Origin: Phoronis australis
Lineage: Eukaryota > Animalia > Phoronida
DNA length: 64,000 nucleotides
Reading direction: 5' to 3'
NCBI GenBank assembly: GCA_002633005.1
Contig: NMRA01000197.1
Coordinates: 169,351 to 233,350 of the forward strand
The translations under genes were made by a program, and so were the position numbers. The notes under the pieces were generated by a model. The model searched no databases. It saw nothing but the letters and a program-made list of their open reading frames with translations, and was not told the DNA's origin. Shown here in pieces: positions 43,801 to 53,687 of this stretch. Position 1 is the stretch's first letter. Each line of letters opens with the position of its first letter.

Positions 43801-46800
43801 GCAATTTTTGAAGATTTCCAGTTAAGCGACCACCTCTCGGTTAAGCGCCCATCCCCAACTTTTAAAGAATGAAGATTTAGCGCCCAGTGCTAAGGAAACG
43901 CGCGATTCCCCGACTTTTAGAAAAAGATCGATGATCACAATGAGCGCAACGACGCCGGGCCTCCGAGACGGTGGTTTAGCAATGTGAATTGCAATTATAC
44001 AAGTAACGAGTTATTGTCTTGGGTCATGGAATCACTTCAAAATATAATACTTGAACGTTTTTGTCACTTTATTTTCTTCCCATGTTTGCAAAGTTTAAGA
44101 ACGCCACCGGCGTCAAAACCTCCGCTTTCAGAGACTTTGTCTGCCGCGCTGAGTTTTCGTCTGCAGTGCTCTTGATAAAACATACATTCCAAAAAATCAG
44201 GCCAGAGAAATGAGACAATGGTTAAAAGTATATAGTCACGCCCGTTTCTGTTACTTAGGACTGTCGCTATTCTCTTTTGATGTGTGACTTTGTAGTGGTG
44301 CACGCGCGCAAGTTCCCACACTTTGGAGTGCATGTTGCCTTGACACCAACATGTGATTGACAGGTGACTCGCACGTAGGCCTTAAGCGCGTGCTGAATCC
44401 CGCCGCTATCTTTGGCCATAAAAAACGAGATGCATATTGAAAGAGGCCGTTATATTACTTGACGGCATTTCCAAGTCACGATTGTCAGCCGACTGAGACA
44501 TTGCGCGCTAATAACGGGACCGAACAGTGCCGCAGTGCGATATTGCAAGTGATATAAATAGGATAATCTGGACATCTTGCATAAAAAATAAATGTTTTTC
44601 CATCACGAAGTTTGGTAAGGATCGTTTATGAATTGAAACATCGCTGTTTTGTAGCGTTTTATCACATATTTATGCCGTGGCTCGAAATTTTATTCTTGAT
44701 TGACGAGTGGCACACGGCCGCTTAACCCCGATTCTTGTCTTGGGCCTACTTCTTTGCCGAGCATGTTTGGCGCAACGGCAAGTGAGCAATGCCGGGCAGT
44801 CGAGATAAAACAGCAAGCCACAGAACCATACGCTGAAAATGTCATTGAGTCACGGAGTGTTGACTATAAACATCCCAAACACAGAAAACATCAGAATTAA
44901 GGTGTTCAAACTTTTATTACAACCAACTTTAAAACTGCTCTCTGACTATGAACTTAGCAGCTAGTACGAGACTGTAACCATAAATCTGATGTCTGCTGTG
45001 ACCTCTGCAACACGTGAAGCTTGCACGCGCGCACTTTAGCAAGACGAAATAGTTGCAATCCAAGTAGAGACTGCGTGGTCAGTGGTCGTCTGCGCTCTAC
45101 ACTACAGGGCTAAATAACAAGACCGCAGGACGGCACGGGGCTATTACTCAGCAATTATGTAAATTTAATAGTGAATAACTAATCTGAGGGCATGATAACC
45201 TTTGTTAGGATCATACGCTGTTATGACATTTTTTCCGCCATGTGGCGACGTGACGATAACGCTCTTTGAAAAGTGCTACGCATTCCGAGTAGGCCTACGA
45301 CTACGTGTGTGGTGTGGGTACTTAGATCACGAGGTAAGATTAACCGCCCAGGGCGCTTGCCTGTCGTAATAAGTGCCCATGTTCGGTTAACCGCCCACCC
45401 TGGATTTTTTGAAGTTTCACGTTTAAGCGCCCATGTCTAGTTAACCGCCCACCCCCGATTTTTTGGGTTTGCCAATTTAATCGCCCAGGGCGTTAACCTG
45501 AACATTTATGGTTATGGAAATCATGAAAGTGTCGTTGAACTAGCAACTAAGTTGACCATGAATGCATCATTTTGTTGAACAGGCCACAAGTTGAAAACTG
45601 ATTTTGGAGTCTAGAAATGAGTTACAAATTTTGTATCCCACAAATCTATTAGATGAAAACAACACCACAACCAACAAAATAACTCAAGATTTTGATCCAA
45701 TTTAAGTAACTATAACCCTTGACTAATTTCTTCATGTCAAAATGACAAATCCTGGAATTCAATAGCTGCACAATACCATCAAAAAAATTCAAAAAACAAT
45801 TTTAAAGTACTACATGGTTTTTTTCACCACACAAGCACTTGATACGTAAACTTATTTTTCGAGGAGAGGATATGAATTTAGCAAGCCGGAAATGCTAACA
45901 CAAACACCCATTGTATTGGTGAAAAATGAATCATTGTGAGTGCCATTTTAAGTACCAGGCAAAAATCCTCTCTTCACCTCGATCATATTTCCCATCATTA
46001 GACGGCAATGTTCCACTCAGATGATGTTCATATTTAGACGCTGGCTGGCAAACATATCTTCAGTGAAACTGAATCCTTGCTGCTCTCAGCAGGTGATCAT
46101 TCACAACAAGGTTATTGGCTTGAGGCCTGGAGATTTCCTAGTCTTCTTGGAAATTGTGCATTGAGCACTGACTGAGGTGAATGCAAACAAGAGCTTAGTG
46201 TTTTCAACTAGAAGAGTTTGAAATGTTGTAAATATGCCACATTTGAGTTCATTCTCAATTCAGCCAAGAAGAATCAAATTGCATTCACTCCCGAAAAATT
46301 CATTTTCCCTTGAGTTTTTTTGATATATGTTATTTTCATTTTCGATATGAAGTTCTTTTCTTCACAAAAACAAAATATTGCAATTTTTGCAAAGGACTGT
46401 GGTCTAGCTGCATGTCACAAAATGTATGATTTGCAAATGAGCGAGTTTTTTATATAAAAATTTTAAAAATTATCCCTGCCCTTTTAAGGTAGTTATTTCT
46501 CATTGTTTTCCATTCTGAATAAGAACCAGGTCTCCTTCAAGAGCTCAAGTTTCAGGAAAAGCCAATCAGGAACTACGGCAAATTCTTATCAATTTAGGAC
46601 ACAATATGGCATGCATTATAGAAAGTTTATGTCCCTTTTTCACAGTGAATTAAATTACCATTTTCATGATGTTCTGTATCACAGCTGCCATTACCAATTA
46701 AACTCTGAAACTTGTGGACATTCGCAACAATGTTTGAAGCTTTTAAAAAACGAAAAGGCAAAGCTGTCAATTAAATTTGTCCAGAAGCATTGAGATTATA

Positions 46801-49800
46801 CTGTACTAGAACAACGACCCGATCTAACTGTTATGGCTTCATTTTATCAATAGAGAACACCGTGTCAGATTTTCGGTACTTAAAGTTTACCAGTGAGAGA
46901 AATTAAAATAAAAAAATGTCTGGGAGACAGTGAGGTTTTATGGTCTAAGTTACGATGGATACTATATTGTCAACACCATGTCTGTAATCTCGGTCAAACG
47001 CTGAACGGGGCATGTTTCACAAACGAGCCACAGCAAAAATTGTTAAGATTCTACGCTTTTATTAATGGGCAATGGTGGAATGGACATTTTGAGCAAAATA
47101 CAGCACAGGAATAAGAATCCCTGTCACAGAGTGTTCTATGGGTGTCTTTAATACCCCGTATTCAAACAGTTTTCACAAGCACTTTCGTTAGTAGCAGAAA
47201 TGCAAATCATGTGACCAAGTTACTAGTGTCGCACTTTTACTGGCGCTTTCATCGGGCGGTTTGGGTTATCCTAAAACTGCTGTTGTTTTAACAAACCGCT
47301 TATATCAATGGACACACATGTGCAGGAGTAAAACGCTTTTGTTTTATCACCACATTATTCAAGTTATGGCCGCGAGTGAATGTGTTTTGACAACAATTTT
47401 CGCCTCAAAGCAGATTGATTCAACTGGTGAGGAAACAAATTAGTAGTTGCTGGTGATAATGATCCCAATTCTGGACAGCTGGTCACATTGGCTTCAAAAC
47501 ATCAGCATTTTCTCTAATGAAATCATTAGTGTTTTCACCAATCATTTTTCTTCAAATTTTACATTATGAACCCAGGTAATATCCGAACAACAAAACCGCT
47601 ACATTCAACAACATGGCTGCCACATTCATAAACATAGTTCCTAACTTATTTAAACACAGCTGACAGGTCAGATGAACTCAATGCACAACAACTCTTAAAC
47701 TCCTGTCAGGACTCACAAATCCGGTTCACAGACCACCAAACCACGTGGCTGCTACATTCAGCAGCGTGGCTAACACATTCAACAACATGGGTGCCTCAGT
47801 CATAAACATAGCATATAGTTCATGACTTATTTAAACATGGTTCACAGGTCCCATAAGGGTCTTTCACACTAACGTCGACGGTTTGGGGAGTTGTGGTCAG
47901 TATGGACGCTTAACTCCGGTCCTGGATCGCAGTTAACAGCTCCAGTTAACATCGCAGTTAATAGGTGGATTTAAGACCGCAGCGTCGACGCTGCGGTGCA
48001 GTATGAACGCTTAACACCGGTCCAATCACTAATCACTAATAGCTGCTTCTATTTTGCTCTAATAATAACCAATCGATTTAAAAATAAGTTTAATGTCACT
48101 TAGCACTTGTGAATATTTCCAAATTGACAAAAATCTTAGCGTGCAACGCTACCTTGCAATAACTTCGATGACGACGCACACAATTGCCTACTTCGATGTT
48201 CATTAACTACCGAAGCCAGTATGAACGGTCTAGTTAACTGCGGTGTTTACGTCGCTCCCCTCAGACCGGAGTTAAGTCAATATGAAAGGGCCTATAAACT
48301 CAATTCACAGTGACTCACTAACGTGTGCCAGGACTCACAAAGGCGGATCACCAACCACCAAACACGGTACACAAGACATGTTTCAAAACATACAATTATC
48401 ATTAAAACAGAAATTAGTAAACATTAAAGTACAACATAAAAAACTTACCCGAGTTTCTGCGCTAGTTCTTTCTAATAGATGATACATGAAAAAGAGAATT
48501 AAATAAAATTTTAGAAAAATAATAACGGAATGTTGCACACATACTGCTAAAATCTACAGGTTTTGCAAACCAACAATTAAACAAAATGCAATTAATTTTA
48601 AAATATTAACAGCATACACAGCTTAGACAACAAATGCCTTTAAAATGAAAACTTCATGGTCTCTCTTTTGGGGTGTTCCAGACTACACTCTGTCTGAATT
48701 TACATCTTCAAATCCTAACAAGGGATTTTTTGTCATGCTACAGTACTATGTCCATGTAATCGCAGAATATATAGTTTATACTTACATAAAATTTTGCAGC
48801 AAAGTTACAGCAAAGCAAATGAGCCACTTTATACTTACAGTCTTTATGGTTCAGCATGTTTTTGCAGATTTACACATATAAATCTAAGAATAATTAGTTT
48901 CCTGCATTAATCGTAAAACTAGTTTTCAAACAGGAACGTGTTAGAAACAAATACTGGATAAAACCTTTTTCATCCCAAGATAATGTACTTAAAACATCAC
49001 ATACCACGATTCAGTAAATTTTCACCAGTATTTAAAAAATGCTTTCTACATCTTCTACATATGACATCAAATGCAATCAGGTGGCAAGTCCATATTTTTA
49101 TACAGTCAAATTTCACCAAATTAGGACCAAAACAAATACCAAAGGCTTCTAACTTTGCTGTGAATGACCACAAAATTAAAAATGTTGTCTGATTGGTGAG
49201 CTTGTGATAAAGAACATTAAAATGATAGCATAATATTTAAGCATGAAAAAAATTTCACTTGAGTCAGCCATTTTTTTCCTTAAGTTATGAGGTTTTACCG
49301 AACTTCTCTTGAGGAAGCCACAAACACTATTTTGGACTTTCAATTAACTAATTCCCTGTAGACTTTACTAAACAAGGGTACAAAACCTAGCTCAATACAC
49401 CAAGGTGAACACTCAGGTTCTATTTTGGTACAAACTGTGCATACCATCTTGTTAATGGAAGATAACAAATTCATTTTATTGATCACAATATCTGATCAGC
49501 TGGTAGACACTAAAAGTACCTAATTATATTAACAATCATCTTGTAACCCTGGAAATGTGAGCTTGTACAAATATCTGCAAATGAAACCACAGAAGTTGAC
49601 AACACCCTGAAGGCAGACCATGAAGAAGATAAAATGGGAAATAATGTGATAAGTTTTGACCTAATTTTATTGCATTTGGAACAGTAATTGGCCAAAAACA
49701 AAAAAATTATTTAGGCCTTTTACACTCACAAAATCGGTCTCATAATATTCCTTACCATGATAGCATTTTATTTCCGTTACCTACAAGAATATCAAAACCA

Positions 49801-51758
49801 TCAGCGACCCAAGAAAATGCTCGATCAGAGTTTATTGGAGTTGACCAAAACTTTAAGTAAGCGAACTTGGAAATGGCTCGTGCATCGCCTGCGGCATAAA
49901 TAGGTTACAATAAAATAGAAAGCAATCATATTAAGAGATCAATTTATGAGATTCAAAGGCATAATTTGATTTTTGATTTTTAGCCAGCAAGAAGGCAAAG
50001 TGTAACTTTAAATGTGTAGCTAGGCAAGCGATTAAGGTCACCCCTTGTTTTTAAATCAACAATAGCGAATCAGGTTTCTGGTGTAATACTTAAATATATT
50101 TGTATGCAGTGAAAAAGTATGACTGAGCAGCAAGTGTCTTCGATATCCTGAGTGTCAGGCAATTTTTAATATTATGATTATTGTAATCATTATCATTAGC
50201 TAATCACTCTCCCTTATGAGCATTTGTCATGTCAAAGATGTACCTAGATGTTCTAGGCAGGTGAAACCGTATTTGTGCAGCATGGGATGTGTTCCAAGAC
50301 CGTATGTTTCTTATATGAGAAAAGCACAACCATACAAGACAATGCAAAATCACTCGAGTGAAAGGCATGCTTTGTAAATAAGCTCAGACCCTTAGACTAG
50401 CAAAATGGCAACCGTTGAAGTGATTGACCGAAGAGGTTGGAATTCAGGAGATAGTTCATGGTTTTACGTTTCGCAGCTGATCTGTGTTAAGTCAGTATCA
50501 CATTTGGCAGGAACTCATTTTGTGTACACAAAATGGGTAGTGACTTTTCAATATTTTTTAAGAAAAAAATCCAGCAAGCATGTGAACAAATTGAAACAGA
50601 ATATTTATACTGCCAAAATAACAAATATTGGAACAAGACGTCAACAAATATTAACCAGTTACCGCACTCCTGTTGGCGAACACAGTGACACCTGCTGATA
50701 ACTTCGATGGCAGCAAAGTAAAGTGTTCTCAATATACCGAACCACTGACGCTTCGCTGCTAAATCCACCTATTCACTTTGGAGTTAACTAGAGCTGTTAA
50801 CTTCAGTAAACTTAGACTAAAGTTAAGTGTTCGCACTGACAGAGGCTTCGATAATATTGAAGCTTCGGAGTTGGAAAGCCTTTTAATATACTGTCCTAGT
50901 TAGCCTGTGTGTAAGTTAACACTATTTAACAAAAGGTTTATGGCCTTGGCTGAAAAGATAATTATTTTATTATCCCCTGTGGATCAGTGAATAGCCAAGC
51001 CCTTGGTATGGGAATATAGAACTGCTTTACTTTTCACATGATCATCTTTATTGAGAGATGAATAAATAAACAGGTAAGATTATAGCCTTACACACAATCT
51101 GAAAAATATCAGCAGTCCCAAGATTCATGAGTACAAGAGAAATGGTTATCTTCCCCTTTCAGAAAATAGGGGAAGTTTTTTTTGTTGAGTTTGCCACTTC
51201 GCTTAAATAGTCTTAGGGTGTTTAGCTACCCACCATTTTGTAGATAGTTATACATGATAGTTTGCGAAACAGGTTACTGATATCTTCGTTTTGGATAGGT
51301 GGACAGTGTTGCCTAGGTGGATACGGTCTACGAAATAAACACTGTCACTGTGACCGTCCCATCCAAGTACACCAAGTCCGACCTCAGTACCTGACTCATG
51401 CACTGATCACATTTTTCCTGAGGTTATAATATCAGTTAATCTATTGTTCAGTGGATGAAAGAAACAGTGCTATGTCAACTATCACCTCACCTGAGCTGGA
51501 AACACTTAAAAAGTTATTTGACTTCAAGCGAACGAGTCCATCCTTTTCAACAATCACGTTTTCCAGTGTGCACGTCGTTATCCCTTCAGCTCCAGTCAAG
51601 CATTTGATCGCCTGGTAACATACGGCCCAGGCTTGTTCTTCGTTTACAGGTGCGTTAAATGCCTCCATAATGCACTTTAGTGAGAGGCTGTCCTTATTCG
51701 CAGCACTGGGACTCGTCTTACAAATTTCGTTCTTTTCCTCGATACCATTTTCCGCCAT
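10532..51758 (-). CDS. spire: Protein spire homolog (actin nucleator), 15 coding exons, about 758 aa
   Basis: Exons join with consistent phases and GT-AG ends to 2277 nt including the stop. Recognisable KIND domain ([13 protein letters not shown]; [14 protein letters not shown]), four WH2 motifs, Spir-box ([21 protein letters not shown]) and modified FYVE finger (CFTC..CKFC..CQSC..CRDC). Confidence 0.95.
11407..11502. repeat. 49-bp tandem duplication
   Basis: AGAGCAGAGAC..CTAGTGCAATGCTCACCTGT at 11407 and 11456. Confidence 0.8.
12330..12430 (-). CDS. spire: Spire exon 14
   Basis: TTTTCAG|ATG...AG|GTGAGG; [23 protein letters not shown]; 101 nt, phase 0 to 2. Confidence 0.88.
13675..13776 (-). 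CDS. spire: Spire exon 13 (modified FYVE zinc finger)
   Basis: [34 protein letters not shown]; AG/GT flanks; 102 nt. Confidence 0.92.
14353..14490 (-). CDS. spire: Spire exon 12 (Spir-box)
   Basis: [46 protein letters not shown]; CATAG acceptor, GTATGT donor; 138 nt. Confidence 0.9.
14479..14566. repeat. 31-bp tandem repeat (about 3 copies) overlapping the exon 12 acceptor
   Basis: GYCAGC(G/A)TTTCTATGTG(A/G)AACAAT at 14481, 14512 and 14543. Confidence 0.9.
15626..15808. repeat. 44-bp minisatellite, 4 copies
   Basis: Unit ATTCTAATTACAGACTTGCTTAGTTGCCTTAGTAAGCCTTCTTC. Confidence 0.92.
16537..16904 (-). CDS. spire: Spire exon 11
   Basis: TTCCAG acceptor, GTAAGT donor; contains the Spire-like LERRHSI motif; 368 nt, phase 1 to 0. 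Confidence 0.85.
17149..17284 (-). CDS. spire: Spire exon 10 (acidic region)
   Basis: [13 protein letters not shown]...KKSTWRQT; TTTTCAG acceptor, GTAGGT donor; 136 nt, phase 0 to 1. Confidence 0.85.
17988..18088 (-). CDS. spire: Spire exon 9
   Basis: [34 protein letters not shown]; TTTTCAG acceptor, GTGAGA donor; 101 nt, phase 1 to 0. Confidence 0.85.
18145..18370. repeat. 56-bp minisatellite, 4 copies
   Basis: Unit ACTGCCAGTCAGTGTGTTCTTCTGAATCCTCTCCTGGTGATTGTCAGAGAGAGAAT, within the short intron between exons 8 and 9. Confidence 0.93.
18500..18611 (-). CDS. spire: Spire exon 8 (fourth WH2)
   Basis: [37 protein letters not shown]; 112 nt, phase 0 to 1. Confidence 0.9.
19759..19820. repeat. 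20-bp tandem repeat, 3 copies
   Basis: Unit CTGCAAGAGGTGCTGCACAG. Confidence 0.85.
20924..21137. repeat. 42-bp minisatellite, 5 copies
   Basis: Unit TCATAGTACTGTATGTAAAAACATCACGACTTTTATGGTGAT. Confidence 0.93.
22220..22400 (-). mobile_element. Degraded copy of the SINE body seen at 33800-34027
   Basis: Shares the ordered motifs ATTGCAG.CGGTCT, GGCCACA, GGCCCATTGCAC, CACCTG after an A-run. Confidence 0.5.
22466..22558 (-). CDS. spire: Spire exon 7 (third WH2)
   Basis: [31 protein letters not shown]; CTCAG acceptor, GTGAGT donor; 93 nt. Confidence 0.93.
23054..23215. repeat. 55-bp minisatellite, 3 copies
   Basis: Unit ATGAGTTTCAGAGATTAGACCTTAGCCAGAGGTAAGTTGCTTCTAATTGTTCCAC. Confidence 0.9.
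23556..23908 (+). mobile_element. MITE with CAGTGGCGGATCT terminus (copy 1)
   Basis: Homologous to 29163-29497 (AACTCAATATTTCCTCACGCT, G-run, terminal IR). Flanks GATTT/AATTT resemble an imperfect 5-bp TSD. Confidence 0.7.
27261..27419 (-). CDS. spire: Spire exon 6 (first and second WH2)
   Basis: [53 protein letters not shown]; 159 nt. Confidence 0.95.
28465..30533 (-). mobile_element. Decayed DNA transposon, probably ISL2EU/PIF-Harbinger group, with a THAP-domain relic
   Basis: Perfect terminal IR AATTGACCTATCGC/GCGATAGGTCAATT. From 30362 the minus strand reads MGKRC*YGVC...[23 protein letters not shown]...NKHKYISSK with frameshifts, a THAP-like pattern. Confidence 0.7.
29163..29497 (+). 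mobile_element. MITE with CAGTGGCGGATCT terminus (copy 2), nested in the 28465 element
   Basis: CAGTGGCGGATCTA...TAAATCCGCCTATG imperfect TIR; flanks GAATT/GAGTT. Confidence 0.75.
30934..31053. repeat. 22-bp minisatellite, about 5 copies
   Basis: Unit GGTCAACAGGTACAGTGGTAYA. Confidence 0.92.
31214..31276 (-). CDS. spire: Spire exon 5
   Basis: [21 protein letters not shown], joining exon 6 to give the conserved W|ARLWVQV; 63 nt. Confidence 0.9.
32224..33592. mobile_element. Non-autonomous Kolobok-like DNA transposon
   Basis: TTAA|GGTTATCTCAAA ... TTTGAGATAACC|TTAA: 12-bp TIR starting with purines, TTAA duplication. Confidence 0.8.
33800..34027 (-). mobile_element. tRNA-derived SINE
   Basis: Minus-strand head GGAGTCAGTGTGGCCTAGTG (A box)...GGGTTCAAGTCCC (B box). 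It cannot form a proper cloverleaf, and its body recurs near 22220. Confidence 0.7.
34254..34379 (-). CDS. spire: Spire exon 4 (end of KIND domain)
   Basis: [42 protein letters not shown]; 126 nt. Confidence 0.93.
34854..35051 (-). CDS. spire: Spire exon 3 (KIND domain)
   Basis: [37 protein letters not shown]...DEGFE...EVMQ; TTTCAG acceptor, GTAAGA donor; 198 nt. Confidence 0.93.
37999..38208. repeat. 53-bp minisatellite, 4 copies, inside the HINE
   Basis: Unit AACATGTTGTTGTGTGCCAAATTTCCTGAAATACTGTTGAGGAACTCYGAAGT. Confidence 0.93.
39174..39855 (-). mobile_element. Second HINE-like family nested in the first
   Basis: Strong terminal palindrome TACTTGGCGGAATTC-TGG-GAATTCCGCCAAGTA; the other end is CAAGAGCCGTC; internal CCAAGTTTCA and GCCGCCATCTTG motifs. 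Confidence 0.65.
40325..40938. mobile_element. MITE with long imperfect TIRs (about 100 bp), TA-flanked
   Basis: TCAGCGACCTGTTTGCGTTTCGCGGACCTAG...TGGTCACCAGTGGGT is mirrored by ACCCACTGGTGACCA...CTAGGTTCGCAAACACAAGCAGGTCCCTGG. Confidence 0.75.
42640..43340 (+). repeat. Unclassified interspersed repeat (copy 1)
   Basis: Collinear with 63455-64000 (ATGGCAAGGACCTCTC; GAGCAGGCTAACAGCTGATCCA; GATAACT.CGAT.GCATCGAA). A partial copy lies at 50690-50880. Boundaries are approximate. Confidence 0.75.
43541..43705 (+). repeat. 165-bp direct repeat, left copy
   Basis: Matches 45512-45676; I count 4 substitutions. Confidence 0.92.
43705..45511. mobile_element. Non-autonomous Tc1/mariner(pogo)-like DNA transposon, about 1.8 kb (copy 1)
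   Basis: TIR (CCGTAA)ACGTTCGGGTTAACG with the left tip missing; arrays of subterminal TTAA(C/G)CGCCCA repeats at both ends; a near-identical inverted copy at 61292-62842. Confidence 0.85.
45512..45676 (+). repeat. 165-bp direct repeat, right copy
   Basis: Starts immediately after the right TIR and matches 43541-43705. Confidence 0.92.
47856..48293. mobile_element. PIF/Harbinger-like MITE
   Basis: ATA|AGGGTCTTTCACA...TATGAAAGGGCCT|ATA, with internal TTAACTCCGGTC/GACCGGAGTTAA inverted repeats. It interrupts the second unit of an older duplication (unit 1 about 47600-47760). Confidence 0.7.
48449..48471 (-). CDS. spire: Spire exon 2, 23-nt microexon
   Basis: Pyrimidine tract + ATTAG|AAAGAACTAGCGCAGAAACTCGG|GTAAGT. 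It converts phase 1 (exon 1) to phase 0 (exon 3) and encodes ERTSAETR. Confidence 0.75.
50690..50880 (+). repeat. Partial copy of the 42640/63455 interspersed repeat
   Basis: CCTGCTGATAACTTCGATGGCA...TAAATCCACC...AAGTTAAGTGTT...GAAGCTTCG is collinear with 43118-43290. Confidence 0.65.
51491..51758 (-). CDS. spire: Spire exon 1 (start codon, KIND N-terminus)
   Basis: AAAAATGGCG start context; [25 protein letters not shown]; CAG|GTGAGG donor; 268 nt. Confidence 0.93.
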
Positions 51759-53342
51759 TTTTTGAGAAGTTGTTCGATTTTTTCAACCAAATGAGACCAA
51801 ACTTCATTTGATTTGAAAGTCGAAAGTGGTACTTATGGCCCACGACCTAAGCCTTTGTTGTGCATCATTATTACTTTAAAAACACAATCGACGAGCACAC
51901 ACTCTTGAAGCGACACCGAATACGACCTTGTAAGCACGCAACTGTTACCCGCATTTCTTTCCGATGAATGAGAAAGTTGATCCGTTTTTCAGTTTGTACA
52001 TACACTGGCGACACCTTTCGCTCGCGACTGTATGACAAAAAAGGGATTTTTGTTGCTTGTACAAAAACAGGTTTCAGATTAAAGAATTCAAAACATGAGA
52101 TTTTCATCTAAAAGGCAACAACAGTTACCAGTGCTACTGATTGCGGAACGTTACTATTCGTCAAATGTACCCTGGCAAAACTCTAGGCGAGAGCATATTA
52201 ACACCCACGAAGCAGGAGTGGGAGTTCCCAATATGAAGGGAAATCCTTTGACCTGTTTTCTTCAAGCAAACCACCCAACCAGAGACTTTGACCCAACTAG
52301 GTCAAACTTAACAATAGCCACTATAATAGAAAACGTTGGCTGTAAACAGCATAAAACAGTTGCAAAGAATGTATCGATGCATACACCTTTTGTCGAAATC
52401 ATAATAAATTGAGGTACATGAAGGTTTTTTTTATAGTTTACTGAAAATGCGTTTCTATATTGTCAATTGCTCGTGGCTGTGTGTCACATGACATGACCTT
52501 ACACCAGTGTCAATGGCTGGGCGAGCAGAGTAAGTATCGTAGCATTAATTATCCCTTTTGCCTGTTTTTGGAATCTGTATTCAGTTATATAGTGGTTCAA
52601 AAGAGCCTAATTCATACTGGTAGTCCAGGCGTTCACTCTCCAAACATGAGTAAATCGCGAAAATTCAAGAATACTGTTGTATTACTACAGGTTCACTAGC
52701 TAGGCCTGCAGAAGTACTCACCAGTTAAAACACAGCTATTCAAGCTTCAGTAAAACCCAATCCAGGCACAGGTGTCCTCGGCTTCTGATCGTCCCCAATA
52801 CACTACATATATTGGGGAAGATCAGAAGCCGAGGACGCTTGTGAATCCAGGTGCTCATCCCTGACATCCTGATTGCTTGCTGATCGAAAGACTGCCAGCA
52901 GGGTTCCCGCCAGCAGTATAAATAAAAGAAGCATCCGGGGAACCATAAAACTGACAAATCACAAGACACCTCAGAAAGATAAAGGACGAATGATGTTGAC
53001 GATTACAACATTCCCCTCCTCCCTAAAAAAGTGTGGGGCCCACCTGGGAATAAACATCATTCGCCAGATACAAAAAACTTCCCAAAGATTTAACCATATC
53101 CCCCCTTACCGGAAATAAAGCCACTGCTAAGTAGACCAAGAGTGTTAGAATAACAAGGACAGTTCGGTAATAGCGTGCAAACACCATACGTTTCCTTTGA
53201 AGCCTGGGAGATAATTAGCTTGCTTGTTATCATACGGGACAAAAGACTGAGCTGGGCAGTTAACAAAAGAGCCAGATGTTATCGCACGTTCAGCACCCCT
53301 AACGTCTGGAAAAGCCGTTACTGAACGACAGAATGCTGTAAT

Positions 53343-53452
53343 TGTTGTATATCTTGTCCTATAGAGGTCGCTAGCAGTCCAGTTTTCGAAATAAAGTTCT
53401 GTACCGGAACTCACGACGTTTTTGTTGGCTGCTTAATGAAGCAAACACAACA
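53343..53452 (+). repeat. 5' LTR (110 bp)
   Basis: TGTTGTATATC...AAACACAACA; contains AATAAA; 4 mismatches to the 3' LTR. Confidence 0.95.
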
Positions 53453-53455
53453 TAT

Positions 53456-53465
53456 TGGCGACGAG
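53456..53465 (+). other. Primer binding site, tRNA-Ser(GCT)-like
   Basis: TGGCGACGAG is complementary to the ...CTCGTCG-CCA 3' end of animal tRNA-Ser(GCT), recalled from memory. Confidence 0.7.
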
Positions 53466-53687
53466 TTAAGGAACTGTAACCCAGGATTTGAATAATTAGG
53501 ACCTGTCTGCACGTAATTTGCGTGAAATGACGATTGTTGGTGCTACCAATGGGTAAATTTTGACTGAAACCTGTTTCGTGAAAACTCACACTTAAGCGTG
53601 GTGCTTCATTTCTGTACGTTGTTTATTGAGCCCCAGACGTGCCTGGATTTCTGGGCCAGACTAGTTATATACATTGTAACTGGTAAT

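Noticed and set aside
43984-44900. Short ORFs duplicated at 61898-62816 that look like a conserved gene pair
   Set aside because: The similarity is explained by two copies of one non-autonomous transposon; no protein motif recognised.
49756-49780. Alternative candidate microexon (25 nt, TAG...GTAAG) for Spire
   Set aside because: It takes phase 1 to phase 2 and does not restore the frame with exon 3; the 23-nt exon at 48449 does.
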